DNA from: Eledone cirrhosa | Taxonomy: Eukaryota | Assembly: GCA_964016885.1 (NCBI GenBank) | Contig: OZ024745.1 | Span: 65,472,001-65,536,000 of the forward strand | DNA: 64,000 nt | Reading direction: 5' to 3' | Part shown: in pieces, positions 28,160 to 42,450 of the stretch | Numbering within the stretch: the stretch's first letter is position 1 | Layout of the letters: the number at the start of each line of letters is the position of its first letter | The notes under the pieces: generated by a model | What the model was told of the DNA's origin: nothing | What the model saw: only the letters and a program-made list of their open reading frames with translations | The model's database searches: none | Position numbers and translations under genes: made by a program

Positions 28160-30030
28160 CTTTTTTATTTGGGGGATCCATTTTTTATTTGGGTGATCCA
28201 TTTTTTATTTGGGGGATCCATTTTTTATTTGGGGGATTCATTTTTTATTTGGGTGATCCATTTTTTATTAGGGGGATCCATTTTTTATTTGGGTGATCCA
28301 TTTTTATTTGGAGATCCATTTTTTATTTAGGTGAACCATTTTATAATTGGGTGATCCATTTTTTATTTGGGGGATCCATTTTTTATTTGGAGGATCCATT
28401 ATTTATTTGGGTGATCCATTTTTTATTTGGGTGATCCATTTTTTATTTGGGTGATCCATTTTTTATTTGGGTGATCCATTTTTTATTTGGGTGATCCATT
28501 TTTTATTTGGGGGATCCATTTTTTATTTGGGTGATCCATTTTTTATTTGGGGGATCCATTTTTTATTTGGGTGATCCATTTTTTATTTGGGGGATCCATT
28601 TTTTATTTCGGGGATCCATTTTTTATTTGGGTGACTCATTTTTTATTTGGGGGATCCATTTTTTATTTGGGTGATCCATTTTTTTATTTGGGGGTCCATT
28701 TTTTATTTGGGTGATCCATTTTTTATTTGTGGGATCCATTTTTTATTTGGGGGATCCATTTTTTATTTTGGGTGATCCATTTTTTATTAAGGGGATCCAT
28801 TTTTTATTTGGGTGATCCATTTTTATTTGTAGATCCATTTTTTATTTGGGTGATCCATTTTTTAATTGGATGATCCATTTTTTATTTGGGGGATCCATTT
28901 TTTATTTGGGGGATCCTTTTTTTATTTGGGTGATCCATTTTTTATTTGGGTGATCCATTTTTTATTTGGGGGATCCATTTTTTATTTGGGTGATCCATTT
29001 TTTATTTGGGTGATACATTTTTTATTTGGGGGATCCATTTTTTATTTGGGTGATCCATTTTTTATTTGGGGGATCCATTTTTTATTTGGGTGATCCATTT
29101 TTTATTTGGGGGATCCATTTTTTATTTGGGTGATCCATTTTTTATTTGGGGGATCCATTTTTTATTTGGGGGATTCATTTTTTATTTGGGTGATCCATTT
29201 TTTATTAGGGGGATCCATTTTTTATTTGGGTGATCCATTTTTATTTGGAGATCCATTTTTTATTTAGGTGAACCATTTTATAATTGGGTGATCCATTTTT
29301 TATTTGGGGGATCCATTTTTTATTTGGAGGATCCATTATTTATTTGGGTGATCCATTTTTTATTTGGGTGATCCATTTTTTATTTGGGTGATCCATTTTT
29401 TATTTGGGTGATCCATTTTTTATTTGGGTGATCCATTTTTTATTTGGGGGATCCATTTTTTATTTGGGTGATCCATTTTTTATTTGGGGGATCCATTTTT
29501 TATTTGGGTGATCCATTTTTTATTTGGGGGATCCATTTTTTATTTCGGGGATCCATTTTTTATTTGGGTGACTCATTTTTTATTTGGGGGATCCATTTTT
29601 TATTTGGGTGATCCATTTTTTTATTTGGGGGTCCATTTTTTATTTGGGTGATCCATTTTTTATTTGTGGGATCCATTTTTTATTTGGGGGATCCATTTTT
29701 TATTTTGGGTGATCCATTTTTTATTAAGGGGATCCATTTTTTATTTGGGTGATCCATTTTTATTTGTAGATCCATTTTTTATTTGGGTGATCCATTTTTT
29801 AATTGGATGATCCATTTTTTATTTGGGGGATCCATTTTTTATTTGGGGGATCCTTTTTTTATTTGGGTGATCCATTTTTTATTTGGGTGATCCATTTTTT
29901 ATTTGGGGGATCCATTTTTTATTTGGGTGATCCATTTTTTATTTGGGTGATACATTTTTTATTTGGGGGATCCATTTTTTATTTGGGTGATCCATTTTTT
30001 ATTTGGGGGATCCATTTTTTATTTGGGGGA
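28160..30030 (+). repeat. Local tandem duplication, unit 937 bp (~47 monomers)
   Basis: Rare variants AGGTGAACC, GTGACTCA and ATTAAGGGG each occur twice, 937 bp apart. ORF-track 28866/29803. Confidence 0.85.
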
Positions 30031-33000
30031 TCCATTTTTTATTTGGGGGATCCATTTTTTATTTGTGTGATCCATTTTTTATTTGGGTGATCCATTTTTT
30101 AATTGGGTGATCCATTTTTTATTTGGGCGATCCATTTTTTATTTGGGTGATCCATTTTTTAGTTGGGTGGTCCATTTTTTATTTGGGTGATCCATTTTTT
30201 ATTTGGGGGATCCATTTTTTATTTGGGTGATCCATTTTTTATTTGGGTGATCCATTTTTTAATTGGGGGATCCATTTTTTATTTAGTTGATCCATTTTTT
30301 AATTGGGTGATCCATTTTTTATTTGGGGGATCCATTTTTTATTTGGGGGATCCATTTTTTATTTGGGGGATTCATTGTTTATTTGGGTGATCCATTTTTT
30401 ATTTGGGTGATCCATTTTTTATTTGGGGGATCCATTTTTTATTTGGGTGATCCATTTTTTATGTGGGTGATCCATTTTTTATTTGGGTGATCCATTTTTT
30501 ATTTGTGGGATCCATTTTTTATTTGTGGGATCCATTTTTTATTTGGGGGATACTTTTTTTATTTGGGTGATCCACTTTTTATTTGGGTGATCCATTTTTT
30601 ATTTGGGGGATCCATTTTTATTTGGGTGATCCATTTTTTATTTGGGTGATACATTTTTTATTTGGGGGATCCATTTTTTATTTGGGTGATCCATTTTTTA
30701 TTTGGGGGATCCATTTTTTATTTGGGGGATCCATTTTTTATTTGGGTGATTCATTTTTTATTTGGGTGATCCATTTTTTATTTGGGGGGATCCATTTTTA
30801 ATTTGGGTGATCCATTTTTTATTTGGGGGATCCATTTTTTATTTGGGTGATCCATTTTTTATTTGGGGAATCCATTTTTTATTTGGGTGATCCATTTTTT
30901 ATTTCGGTGATCCATTTTTTAATTGGGTGATCCATTTTTTATTTGGGGGATCCATTTTTTATTTGGGTGATCCATTTTTTATTTGGGTGGTCCATTTTTT
31001 ATTTGGGTGATCCATTTTTTATTTGGGGGATCCATTTTTTATTTGGGTGATCCATTTTTTATTTGGGGATCCATGTTTTATTTGGGTGATCCATTTTTTA
31101 TTTGGGTGATCCATTTTTTATTTGGGGGATCCATTTTTTATTTGGGGGGTCCATTTTTTATTTGGGGGATCCATTTTTATTTGGGGGATCCATTTTTTAT
31201 TTGGGTGATCCATTTTTTATTTGGGTTGATCCCTTTTTTATTTGGGGGATCCATTTTTTATTTGGGTGATCCATTTTTTATTTGGGGGATCCATTTTTTA
31301 TTTGGGGGATCCATTTTTTATTTGGGTAATCCATTTTTTATTAGGGGGATCCATTTTTTATTTGGGTGATCCATTTTTATTTGGAGATCCATTTTTTATT
31401 TAGGTGATCCATTTTATAATTGGGTGATCCATTTTTTATTTGGGGGATCCATTTTTTATTTGGGGGATCCATTATTTATTTGGGTGATCCATTTTTTATT
31501 TGGGTGATCCATTTTTTATTTGGGTGATCCATTTTTTATTTGGGTGATCCATTTTTTATTTGGGTGATCCATTTTTTATTTGGGGGATCCATTTTTTATT
31601 TGGGTGATCCATATTTTATTTGGGTGATCCATTTTTTATTTGAGGGATCCATTTTATATTTGGGTGATCCATTTTTTATTTGGGTGATCCATTTTTTATT
31701 TGGGGGATCCATTTTTTATTTGGGTGATCCATTTTTTATTTGGGGGATCCTTTTTTTATTTGGGTGATCCATTTTTTATTTGGGGGATCCATTTTTTATT
31801 TGGGTGATCCATTTTTTATTTGGGGGATCCATTTTTTATTTGGGGGATCCATTTTTTATTTGGGGGATCCTTTTTTATTTGGGTGATCCATTTTTTATTT
31901 GGGTGATCCATTTTTTATTTGGTGGATCCATTTTTTATTTGGGTGATCCATTATTTATTTGGGGGATCCATTTTTTATTTGGGGGATCCATTTTTTATTT
32001 GGGTGATCCATTTTTTATTTGGGGGATCCATTCTTTATTTGGGTGATCCATTTTTTATTTGTGGGATCCATTTTTTATTTGGGGGATCCATTTTTTATTT
32101 GGAGGATCCATTTTTTATTTGGGTGATCCATTTTTTATTTGGGTGATCCATTTATTATTTGGGGGATCCATTTTTTATTTGGGTGATCCATTTTTTATTT
32201 GGGTGATCCATTTTTTATTGGGGGATCCATTTTTTATTTGGGGGATCCATTTTTTATTTGGGTGATCCATTTTTTATTTGGGTGATCCATTTTTTAATTG
32301 GGGGATCCATTTTTTATTTGGGTGATCCATTTTTTATTTGGGTGATCCATTTTTTATTTGGGGGATCCATTTTTTATTTGGGGGCAGAATTTTTATTTGG
32401 GTGATCCATTTTTTATTTGGGTGATCCATTTTTTATTTGGGGGATCCGTTTTTTATTTGGGGGATCCATTTTTTATTTGGGTGATCCATTTTTTATTTGG
32501 GGGATCCATTTTTTATTTGGGTGATCCATTTTTTATTTGGGGGATCCATTTTTTATTTGGGTGATCCATTTTTTATTTGGATGATCCATTTTTTATTTGG
32601 GGGATCCATTTATTATTTGGGGGATCCATTTTTTATTTGGGTGATCCGTTCTTTATTTGGGTGATCCATTTTTTAATTGGGGGATCCATTTTTTATTTGG
32701 GTGATCCATTTTTTATTTTGGTGATCCATTTTTTATTTGGGGGATCCATTTTTTATTTGGGGGATCCATTTTTTATTTGGGTGATCCATTTTCTATTTGG
32801 GTGATCCATTTTTTATTTGGGGGATCCATTTTTTATTTGGGGGATCCATTTTTTATTTGGGTGATCCATTTCTTATTTGGGGGATCCATTTTTTATTTGG
32901 GTGATCCATTTTTTATTTGGGTGATCCATTTTTTATTTGTGGGATCCATTTTTTATTTGGGGATCCATTTTTTATTTGAGGGATCCATTTTTTATTTGGG

Positions 33001-36000
33001 TGATCCATTTTTTATTTGGGTAATCCATTTTTTATTTGGGGGATCCATTTTTTATTTGGGTGATCCATTTTTTATTTGGGTGATCCATTTTTTATTTGGG
33101 TGATCCATTTTTTAATTGGGGGATCCATTTTTTATTTGGTTGATCCATTTTTTAATTGGGTGATCCATTTTTTATTTGGGGGATCCATTTTTTATTTGGG
33201 GGATCCATTCTTTATTTGGGGGATCCATTGTTTATTTGGGTGATCCATTTTTTATTTGGGTGATCCATTTTTTATTTGGGGGATCCATTTTTTATTTGGG
33301 TGATCCATTTTTTATTTGGGTGATCCATTTTTTATTTGGGTGATCCATTTTTTATTTGTGGGATCCATTTTTTATTTGGGGGATCCATTTTTTATTTGGG
33401 TGATCCTTTTTTTATTTGGGTGATCCATTTTTTATTTGGGTGATCCATTTTTTATTTGGGGGATCCATTTTTTATTTGGGTGATCCATTTTTTATTTGGG
33501 TGATACATTTTTTATTTGGGGGATCCATTTTTTATTTGGGTGATCCATTTTTTATTTGGGGGATCCATTTTTTATTTGGGGGATCCATTTTTTATTTGGG
33601 TGATCTATTTTTTATTTGGGTGATCCATTTTTTATTTGGGGGGATCCATTTTTAATTTGGGTGATCCATTTTTTATTTGGGGGATCCATTTTTTATTTGG
33701 GTGATCCATTTTTTATTTGGGGGATCCATTTTTTATTTGGGTGATCCATTTTTTATTTGGGTGATCCATTTTTTAATTAGGTGATCCATTTTTATTTGGG
33801 TGATCCATTTTTTACTTGGGGGATCCATTTTTTATTTGGGTGATCCATTTTTTATTTTGCTGATTCATTTTTTATTTGGGTGATCCATTTTTTATTTGGG
33901 GGATCCATTTTTTATTTGGGTGATCCATTAATTATTTAGGGGATCCATTTTTTATTTGGGTGATCCATTTTTTATTAGGGGGATCCATTTTTTATTTGGG
34001 TGATCCATTTTTTATTTGGGGGATCCATTTTTTATTTCGGGGATCCATTTTTTATTTGGGTGATCCATTTTTTATTTGGGGGATCCATTTTTTATTTGGG
34101 TCATCCATTTTTTTATTTGTGGGATCCATTTTTTATTTGGGGGATCCATTTTTTATTTGGGTGATCCATTTTTATTTGTAGATCCATTTTTTATTTGGGT
34201 GATCCATTTTTTAATTGGATGATCCATTTTTTATTTGGGGGATCCATTTTTTATTTGGGGGATCCATTATTTATTTGGGTGATCCATTTTTTATTTGGGT
34301 GATCCATTTGTTATTTTGGGGATCCATTTTTTATTTTGGGTGATCCATTTTTTATTAGGGGGATCCATTTTTTATTTGGGTGATCCATTTTTTTTTGTAG
34401 ATCCATTTTTTATTTGGGTGATCCATTTTTTAATTGGATGATCCATTTTTTATTTGGGGGATCCATTTTTTATTTGGGGGATCCATTATTTATTTGGGTG
34501 ATCCATTTTTTATTTGGGTGATCCATTTTTTATTTTGGGGATCCATTTTTTATTTGGGTGATCCATTTTTTATTTGGGGGATCCATTTTTTATTTGGGGG
34601 ATCCATTTTTTATTTGGGGGATCCTTTTTTATTTGGGTGATCCATTTTTTATTTGGGTGATCCATTTTTTATTTGGTTGATCCATTTTTTATTTGGGTGA
34701 TCCATTATTTATTTGGGGGATCCATTTTTTATTTGGGGGATCCATTTTTTATTTGGGTGATCCATTTTTTATTTGGGGGATCCATTCTTTATTTGGGTGA
34801 TCCATTTTTTATTTGTGGGATCCATTTTTTATTTGGGGGATCCATTTTTTATTTGGAGGATCCATTTTTTATTTGGGTGATCCATTTTTTATTTGGGTGA
34901 TCCGTTTATTATTTGGGGGATCCATTTTTTATTTGGGTGATCCATTTTTTATTTGGGTGATCCATTTTTTATTGGGGGATCCATTTTTTATTTGGGGGAT
35001 CCATTTTTTATTTGGGTGATCCATTTTTTATTTGGGTGATCCATTTTTTAATTGGGGGATCCATTTTTTATTTGGGTGATCCATTTTTTATTTGGGTGAT
35101 CCATTTTTTATTTGGGGGATCCATTTTTTATTTGGGGGCAGAATTTTTATTTGGGTGATCCATTTTTTATTTGGGTGATCCATTTTTTATTTGGGGGATC
35201 CGTTTTTTATTTGGGGGATCCATTTTTTATTTGGGTGATCCATTTTTTATTTGGGGGATCCATTTTTTATTTGGGTGATCCATTTTTTATTTGGGGGATC
35301 CATTTTTTATTTGGGTGATCCATTTTTTATTTGGATGATCCATTTTTTATTTGGGGGATCCATTTATTATTTGGGGGATCCATTTTTTATTTGGGTGATC
35401 CGTTCTTTATTTGGGTGATCCATTTTTTAATTGGGGGATCCATTTTTTATTTGGGTGATCCATTTTTTATTTTGGTGATCCATTTTTTATTTGGGGGATC
35501 CATTTTTTATTTGGGGGATCCATTTTTTATTTGGGTGATCCATTTCTTATTTGGGGGATCCATTTTTTATTTGGGTGATCCATTTTTTATTTGGGTGATC
35601 CATTTTTTATTTGTGGGATCCATTTTTTTATTTGGGGATCCATTTTTTATTTGAGGGATCCATTTTTTATTTGGGTGATCCATTTTTTATTTGGGTAATC
35701 CATTTTTTATTTGGGGGATCCATTTTTTATTTGGGTGATCCATTTTTTATTTGGGTGATCCATTTTTTATTTGGGTGATCCATTTTTTAATTGGGGGATC
35801 CATTTTTTATTTGGTTGATCCATTTTTTAATTGGGTGATCCATTTTTTATTTGGGGGATCCATTTTTTATTTGGGGGATCCATTCTTTATTTGGGGGATC
35901 CATTGTTTATTTGGGTGATCCATTTTTTATTTGGGTGATCCATTTTTTATTTGGGGGATCCATTTTTTATTTGGGTGATCCATTTTTTATTTGGGTGATC

Positions 36001-39000
36001 CATTTTTTATTTGGGTGATCCATTTTTTATTTGTGGGATCCATTTTTTATTTGGGGGATCCATTTTTTATTTGGGTGATCCTTTTTTTATTTGGGTGATC
36101 CATTTTTTATTTGGGTGATCCATTTTTTATTTGGGGGATCCATTTTTTATTTGGGTGATCCATTTTTTATTTGGGTGATACATTTTTTATTTGGGGAATC
36201 CATTTTTTATTTGGGTGATCCATTTTTTATTTGGGGGATCCATTTTTTATTTGGGGGATCCATTTTTTATTTGGGTGATCTATTTTTTATTTGGGTGATC
36301 CATTTTTTATTTGGGGGGATCCATTTTTAATTTGGGTGATCCATTTTTTATTTGGGGGTTCCATTTTTTATTTGGGTGATCCATTTTTTATTTGGGGGAT
36401 CCATTTTTTATTTGGGTGATCCATTTTTTATTTGGGTGATCCATTTTTTAATTAGGTGATCCATTTTTATTTGGGTGATCCATTTTTTACTTGGGGGATC
36501 CATTTTTTATTTGGGTGATCCATTTTTTATTTTGCTGATTCATTTTTTATTTGGGTGATCCATTTTTTATTTGGGGGATCCATTTTTTATTTGGGTGATC
36601 CATTTATTATTTAGGGGATCCATTTTTTATTTGGGTGATCCATTTTTTATTAGGGGGATCCATTTTTTATTTGGGTGATCCATTTTTTATTTGGGGGATC
36701 CATTTTTTATTTCGGGGATCCATTTTTTATTTGGGTGATCCATTTTTTATTCGGGGGATCCATTTTTTATTTGGGTCATCCATTTTTTTATTTGTGGGAT
36801 CCATTTTTTATTTGGGGGATCCATTTTTTATTTGGGTGATCCATTTTTATTTGTAGATCCATTTTTTATTTGGGTGATCCATTTTTTAATTGGATGATCC
36901 ATTTTTTATTTGGGGGATCCATTTTTTATTTGGGGGATCCATTATTTATTTGGGTGATCCATTTTTTATTTGGGTGATCCATTTGTTATTTTGGGGATCC
37001 ATTTTTTATTTTGGGTGATCCATTTTTTATTAGGGGGATCCATTTTTTATTTGGGTGATCCATTTTTTTTTGTAGATCCATTTTTTATTTGGGTGATCCA
37101 TTTTTTAATTGGATGATCCATTTTTTATTTGGGGGATCCATTTTTTATTTGGGGGATCCATTATTTATTTGGGTGATCCATTTTTTATTTGGGTGATCCA
37201 TTTTTTATTTTGGGGATCCATTTTTTATTTGGGTGATCCATTTTTTATTTGGGTGATCCATTTTTTAATTGGGTGATCCATTTTTTATTTGGGTGATCCA
37301 TTTTTTATTTGGGGGATCCTTTTTTTATTTGGGTGATCCATTTTTTATTTGGGTGATCCATTTTTTATTTGGGGGATCCATTTTTTATTTGGGTGATCCA
37401 TTTTTTATTTAGGTGACACATTTTTTATTTGGGGGATCCATTTTTTATTTGGGTGATCCATTTTTTATTTGGGGGATCCATTTTTTATTTGGGGGATCCA
37501 TTTTTTATTTGGGTGATCCATTTTTTATTTGGGTGATCCATTTTTTATTTGGGGGGATCCATTTTTAATTTGGGTGATCCATTTTTTATTTGGGGGATCC
37601 ATTTTTTATTTGGGTGATCCATTTTTTATTTGGGGGATCCATTTTTTATTTGTGTGATCCATTTTTTATTTGGGATATCCATTTTTTAATTGGGTGATCC
37701 ATTTTTTATTTGGGGGATCCATTTTTTATTTGGGTGATCCATTTTTTAGTTTGGTTATCCATTTTTTATTTGGGTGATCCATTTTTTATTTGGGGGATCC
37801 ATTTTTTATTTGGGTGATCCATTTTTTATTTGGGGATCCATTTTTTATTTGGGTGATCCATTTTTTATTTGGGTGATCCATTTTTTATTTGGGGTATCCA
37901 TTTTTTATTTGGGTGATTCATTTTTTATTTGGGGGGTCCATTTTTTATTTGGGGGATCCATCTTTATTTGGGTGATCCATTTTTTATTTGGGGGATCCAT
38001 TTTTTATTTGGGTGATCCATTTTTTATTTGGGTTGATCCCTTTTTTATTTGGGGGATCCATTTTTTATTTGGGGGATCCATTTTTTATTTGGGGGATCCA
38101 TTTTTTATTTGGGGGATCCATTTTTTATTTGGGTGATCCATTTTTTATTAGGGGGATCCATTTTTTATTTGGGTGATCCATTTTTATTTGGAGATCCATT
38201 TTTTATTTAGGTGATCCATTTTATAATTGGGTGATCCATTTTTTATTTGGGGGATCCATTTTTTATTTGGGGGATCCATTATTTACTTGGGTGATCCATT
38301 TTTTATTTGGGTGATCCATTTTTTATTTGGGTGATCCATTTTTTATTTGGGTGATCCATTTTTATTTGGGTGATCCATTTTTTATTTGGGGGATCCATTT
38401 TTTATTTGGGTGATCCATTTTTTATTTGGGTGATCCATTTTTTATTTGAGGGATCCATTTTATATTTGGGTGATCCATTTTTTATTTGGGTGATCCATTT
38501 TTTATTTGGGGGATCCATTTTTTATTTGGGGGATCCATTTTTTATTTAGGGGATCCATTTTTTATTTGGGTGATCCATTTTTTATTTGGGTGATCCATTT
38601 TTTATTTGGGGGATCCATTTTTTATTTGGGTGATCCATTTTTTATTTGGGGGATCCATTTTTTATTTCGGGGATCCATTTTTTATTTGGGTGATTCATTT
38701 TTTATTTGGGGGATCCATTTTTTATTTGGGTGATCCATTTTTTATTTGGGTGATCCATTATTTATTTAGGTGACACATTTTTTATTTGGGGGATCCATTT
38801 TTTATTTGGGTGATCCATTTTTTATTTGGGGGATCCATTTTTTATTTGGGGGATCCATTTTTTATTTGGGTGATCCATTTTTTATTTGGGTGATCCATTT
38901 TTTATTTGGGGGGATCCATTTTTAATTTGGGTGATCCATTTTTTATTTGGGGGATCCATTTTTTATTTGGGTGATCCATTTTTTATTTGGGGGATCCATT

Positions 39001-39099
39001 TTTTATTTGTGTGATCCATTTTTTATTTGGGATATCCATTTTTTAATTGGGTGATCCATTTTTTATTTGGGGGATCCATTTTTTATTTGGGTGATCCAT

Positions 39100-42000
39100 T
39101 TTTTAGTTGGGTGGTCCATTTTTTATTTGGGTGATCCATTTTTTATTTGGGGGATCCATTTTTTATTTGGGTGATCCATTTTTTATTTGGGGATCCATTT
39201 TTTATTTGGGTGATCCATTTTTTATTTGGGTGATCCATTTTTTATTTGGGGGATCCATTTTTTATTTGGGTGATTCCTTTTTTTATTTGGGGGGTCCATT
39301 TTTTATTTGGGGGATCCATTTTTATTTGGGTGATCCATTTTTTATTTGGGGGATCCATTTTTTATTTGGGTGATCCATTTTTTATTAGGGGGATCCATTT
39401 TTTATTTGGGTGATCCATTTTTATTTGGAGATCCATTTTTTATTTAGGTGATCCATTTTATAATTGGGTGATCCATTTTTTATTTGGGGGATCCATTTTT
39501 TATTTGGGGGATCCATTATTTACTTGGGTGATCCATTTTTTATTTGGGTGATCCATTTTTTATTTGGGTGATCCATTTTTTATTTGGGTGATCCATTTTT
39601 TATTTGGGGGATCCATTTTTTATTTGGGTGATCCATTTTTTATTAGGGGGATCCATTTTTTATTTGGGTGATCCATTTTTATTTGGAGATCCATTTTTTA
39701 TTTAGGTGATCCATTTTATAATTGGGTGATCCATTTTTTATTTGGGGGATCCATTTTTTATTTGGGGGATCCATTATTTACTTGGGTGATCCATTTTTTA
39801 TTTGGGTGATCCATTTTTTATTTGGGTGATCCATTTTTTATTTGGGTGATCCATTTTTTATTTGGGTGATCCATTTTTTATTTGGGGGATCCATTTTTTA
39901 TTTGGGTGATCCATTTTTTATTTGGGTGATCCATTTTTTATTTGAGGGATCCATTTTATATTTGGGTGATCCATTTTTTATTTGGGTGATCCATTTTTTA
40001 TTTGGGGGATCCATTTTTTATTTGGGGGATCCATTTTTTATTTAGGGTATCCATTTTTTATTTGGGTGATCCATTTTTTATTTGGGTGATCCATTTTTTA
40101 TTTGGGGGATCCATTTTTTATTTGGGTGATCCATTTTTTATTTGGGGGATCCATTTTTTATTTCGGGGATCCATTTTTTATTTGGGTGATTCATTTTTTA
40201 TTTGGGGGATCCATTTTTTATTTGGGTGATCCATTTTTTTATTTGGGGGTCCATTTTTTATTTGGGTGATCCATTTTTTATTTGGGTGATCCATTTATTA
40301 TTTGGGGGATCCATTTTTTATTTGGGTCATACATTTTTTATTTGGGGGATCCATTTTTTATTTGGGGGATCCATTTTTTATTTTGGGTGATCCATTTTTT
40401 ATTAGGGGGATCCATTTTTTATTTGGGTGATCCATTTTTATTTGTAGATCCATTTTTTATTTGGGTGATCCATTTTTTAATTGGATGATCCATTTTTTAT
40501 TTGGGGGATCCATTTTTTATTTGGGGGATCCATTATTTATTTGGGTGATCCATTTTTTATTTGGGTGATCCATTTTTTATTTGGGGGATCCATTTTTTAT
40601 TTGGGTGATCCATTTTTTATTTGGGTGATCCATCTTTTAATTGGGGGATCCATTTTTTATTTAGTTGATCCATTTTTTAATTGGGTGATCCATTTTTTAT
40701 TTGGGGGATCCATTTTTTATTTGGGGGATCCATTTTTTATTTGGGGGATCCATTTTTTATGTGGGTGATCCATTTTTTATTTGGGTGATCCATTTTTTAT
40801 TTGGGGGATCCATTTTTTATTTGTGTGATCCATTTTTTATTTGGGATATCCATTTTTTAATTGGGTGATCCATTTTTTATTTGGGGGATCCATTTTTTAT
40901 TTGGGTGATCCATTTTTTAGTTGGGTGGTCCATTTTTTATTTGGGTGATCCATTTTTTATTTGGGGGATCCATTTTTTATTTGGGTGATCCATTTTTTAT
41001 TTGGGGATCCATTTTTTATTTGGGTGATCCATTTTTTATTTGGGTGATCCATTTTTTATTTGGGGGATCCATTTTTTATTTGGGTGATTCCTTTTTTTAT
41101 TTGGGGGGTCCATTTTTTATTTGGGGGATCCATTTTTATTTGGGTGATCCATTTTTTATTTGGGGGATCCATTTTTTATTTGGGTGATCCATTTTTTATT
41201 TGGGTTGATCCCTTTTTTATTTGGGGGATCCATTTTTTATTTGGGTGATCCATTTTTTATTTGGGGGATCCATTTTTTATTTGGGGGATCCATTTTTTAT
41301 TTGGGTGATCCATTTTTTATTAGGGGGATCCATTTTTTATTTGGGTGATCCATTTTTATTTGGAGATCCATTTTTTATTTAGGTGATCCATTTTATAATT
41401 GGGTGATCCATTTTTTATTTGGGGGATCCATTTTTTATTTGGGGGATCCATTATTTACTTGGGTGATCCATTTTTTATTTGGGTGATCCATTTTTTATTT
41501 GGGTGATCCATTTTTTATTTGGGTGATCCATTTTTTATTTGGGGGATCCATTTTTTATTTGGGTGATCCATTTTTTATTTGGGTGATCCATTTTTTATTT
41601 GAGGGATCCATTTTATATTTGGGTGATCCATTTTTTATTTGGGTGATCCATTTTTTATTTGGGGGATCCATTTTTTATTTGGGGGATCCATTTTTTATTT
41701 AGGGTATCCATTTTTTATTTGGGTGATCCATTTTTTATTTGGGTGATCCATTTTTTATTTGGGGGATCCATTTTTTATTTGGGTGATCCATTTTTTATTT
41801 GGGGGATCCATTTTTTATTTCGGGGATCCATTTTTTATTTGGGTGATTCATTTTTTATTTGGGGGATCCATTTTTTATTTGGGTGATCCATTTTTTTATT
41901 TGGGGGTCCATTTTTTATTTGGGTGATCCATTTTTTATTTGGGTGATCCATTTATTATTTGGGGGATCCATTTTTTATTTGGGTCATACATTTTTTATTT

Positions 42001-42450
42001 GGGGGATCCATTTTTTATTTGGGGGATCCATTTTTTATTTTGGGTGATCCATTTTTTATTAGGGGGATCCATTTTTTATTTGGGTGATCCATTTTTATTT
42101 GTAGATCCATTTTTTATTTGGGTGATCCATTTTTTAATTGGATGATCCATTTTTTATTTGGGGGATCCATTTTTTATTTGGGGGATCCATTATTTATTTG
42201 GGTGATCCATTTTTTATTTGGGTGATCCATTTTTTATTTGGGGGATCCATTTTTTATTTGGGTGATCCATTTTTTATTTGGGTGATCCATCTTTTAATTG
42301 GGGGATCCATTTTTTATTTAGTTGATCCATTTTTTAATTGGGTGATCCATTTTTTATTTGGGGGATCCATTTTTTATTTGGGGGATCCATTTTTTATTTG
42401 GGGGATCCATTTTTTATGTGGGTGATCCATTTTTTATTTGGGTGATCCAT
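39100..42450 (+). repeat. Local tandem duplication, unit ~1,657 bp
   Basis: ORF-track pairs 39842/41499, 40002/41659, 40202/41859 and 40481/42138 are all offset by 1,657. The paralogous region at 21.4-24.3 kb shows offsets of ~1.6-1.68 kb. Confidence 0.82.
39350..39860 (+). repeat. Local tandem duplication, unit 258 bp (13 monomers incl. one 18-bp unit)
   Basis: The GGAGATCC...TTATAATT...TTATTTACTT cassette occurs at 39427 and again at 39685. Confidence 0.8.
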
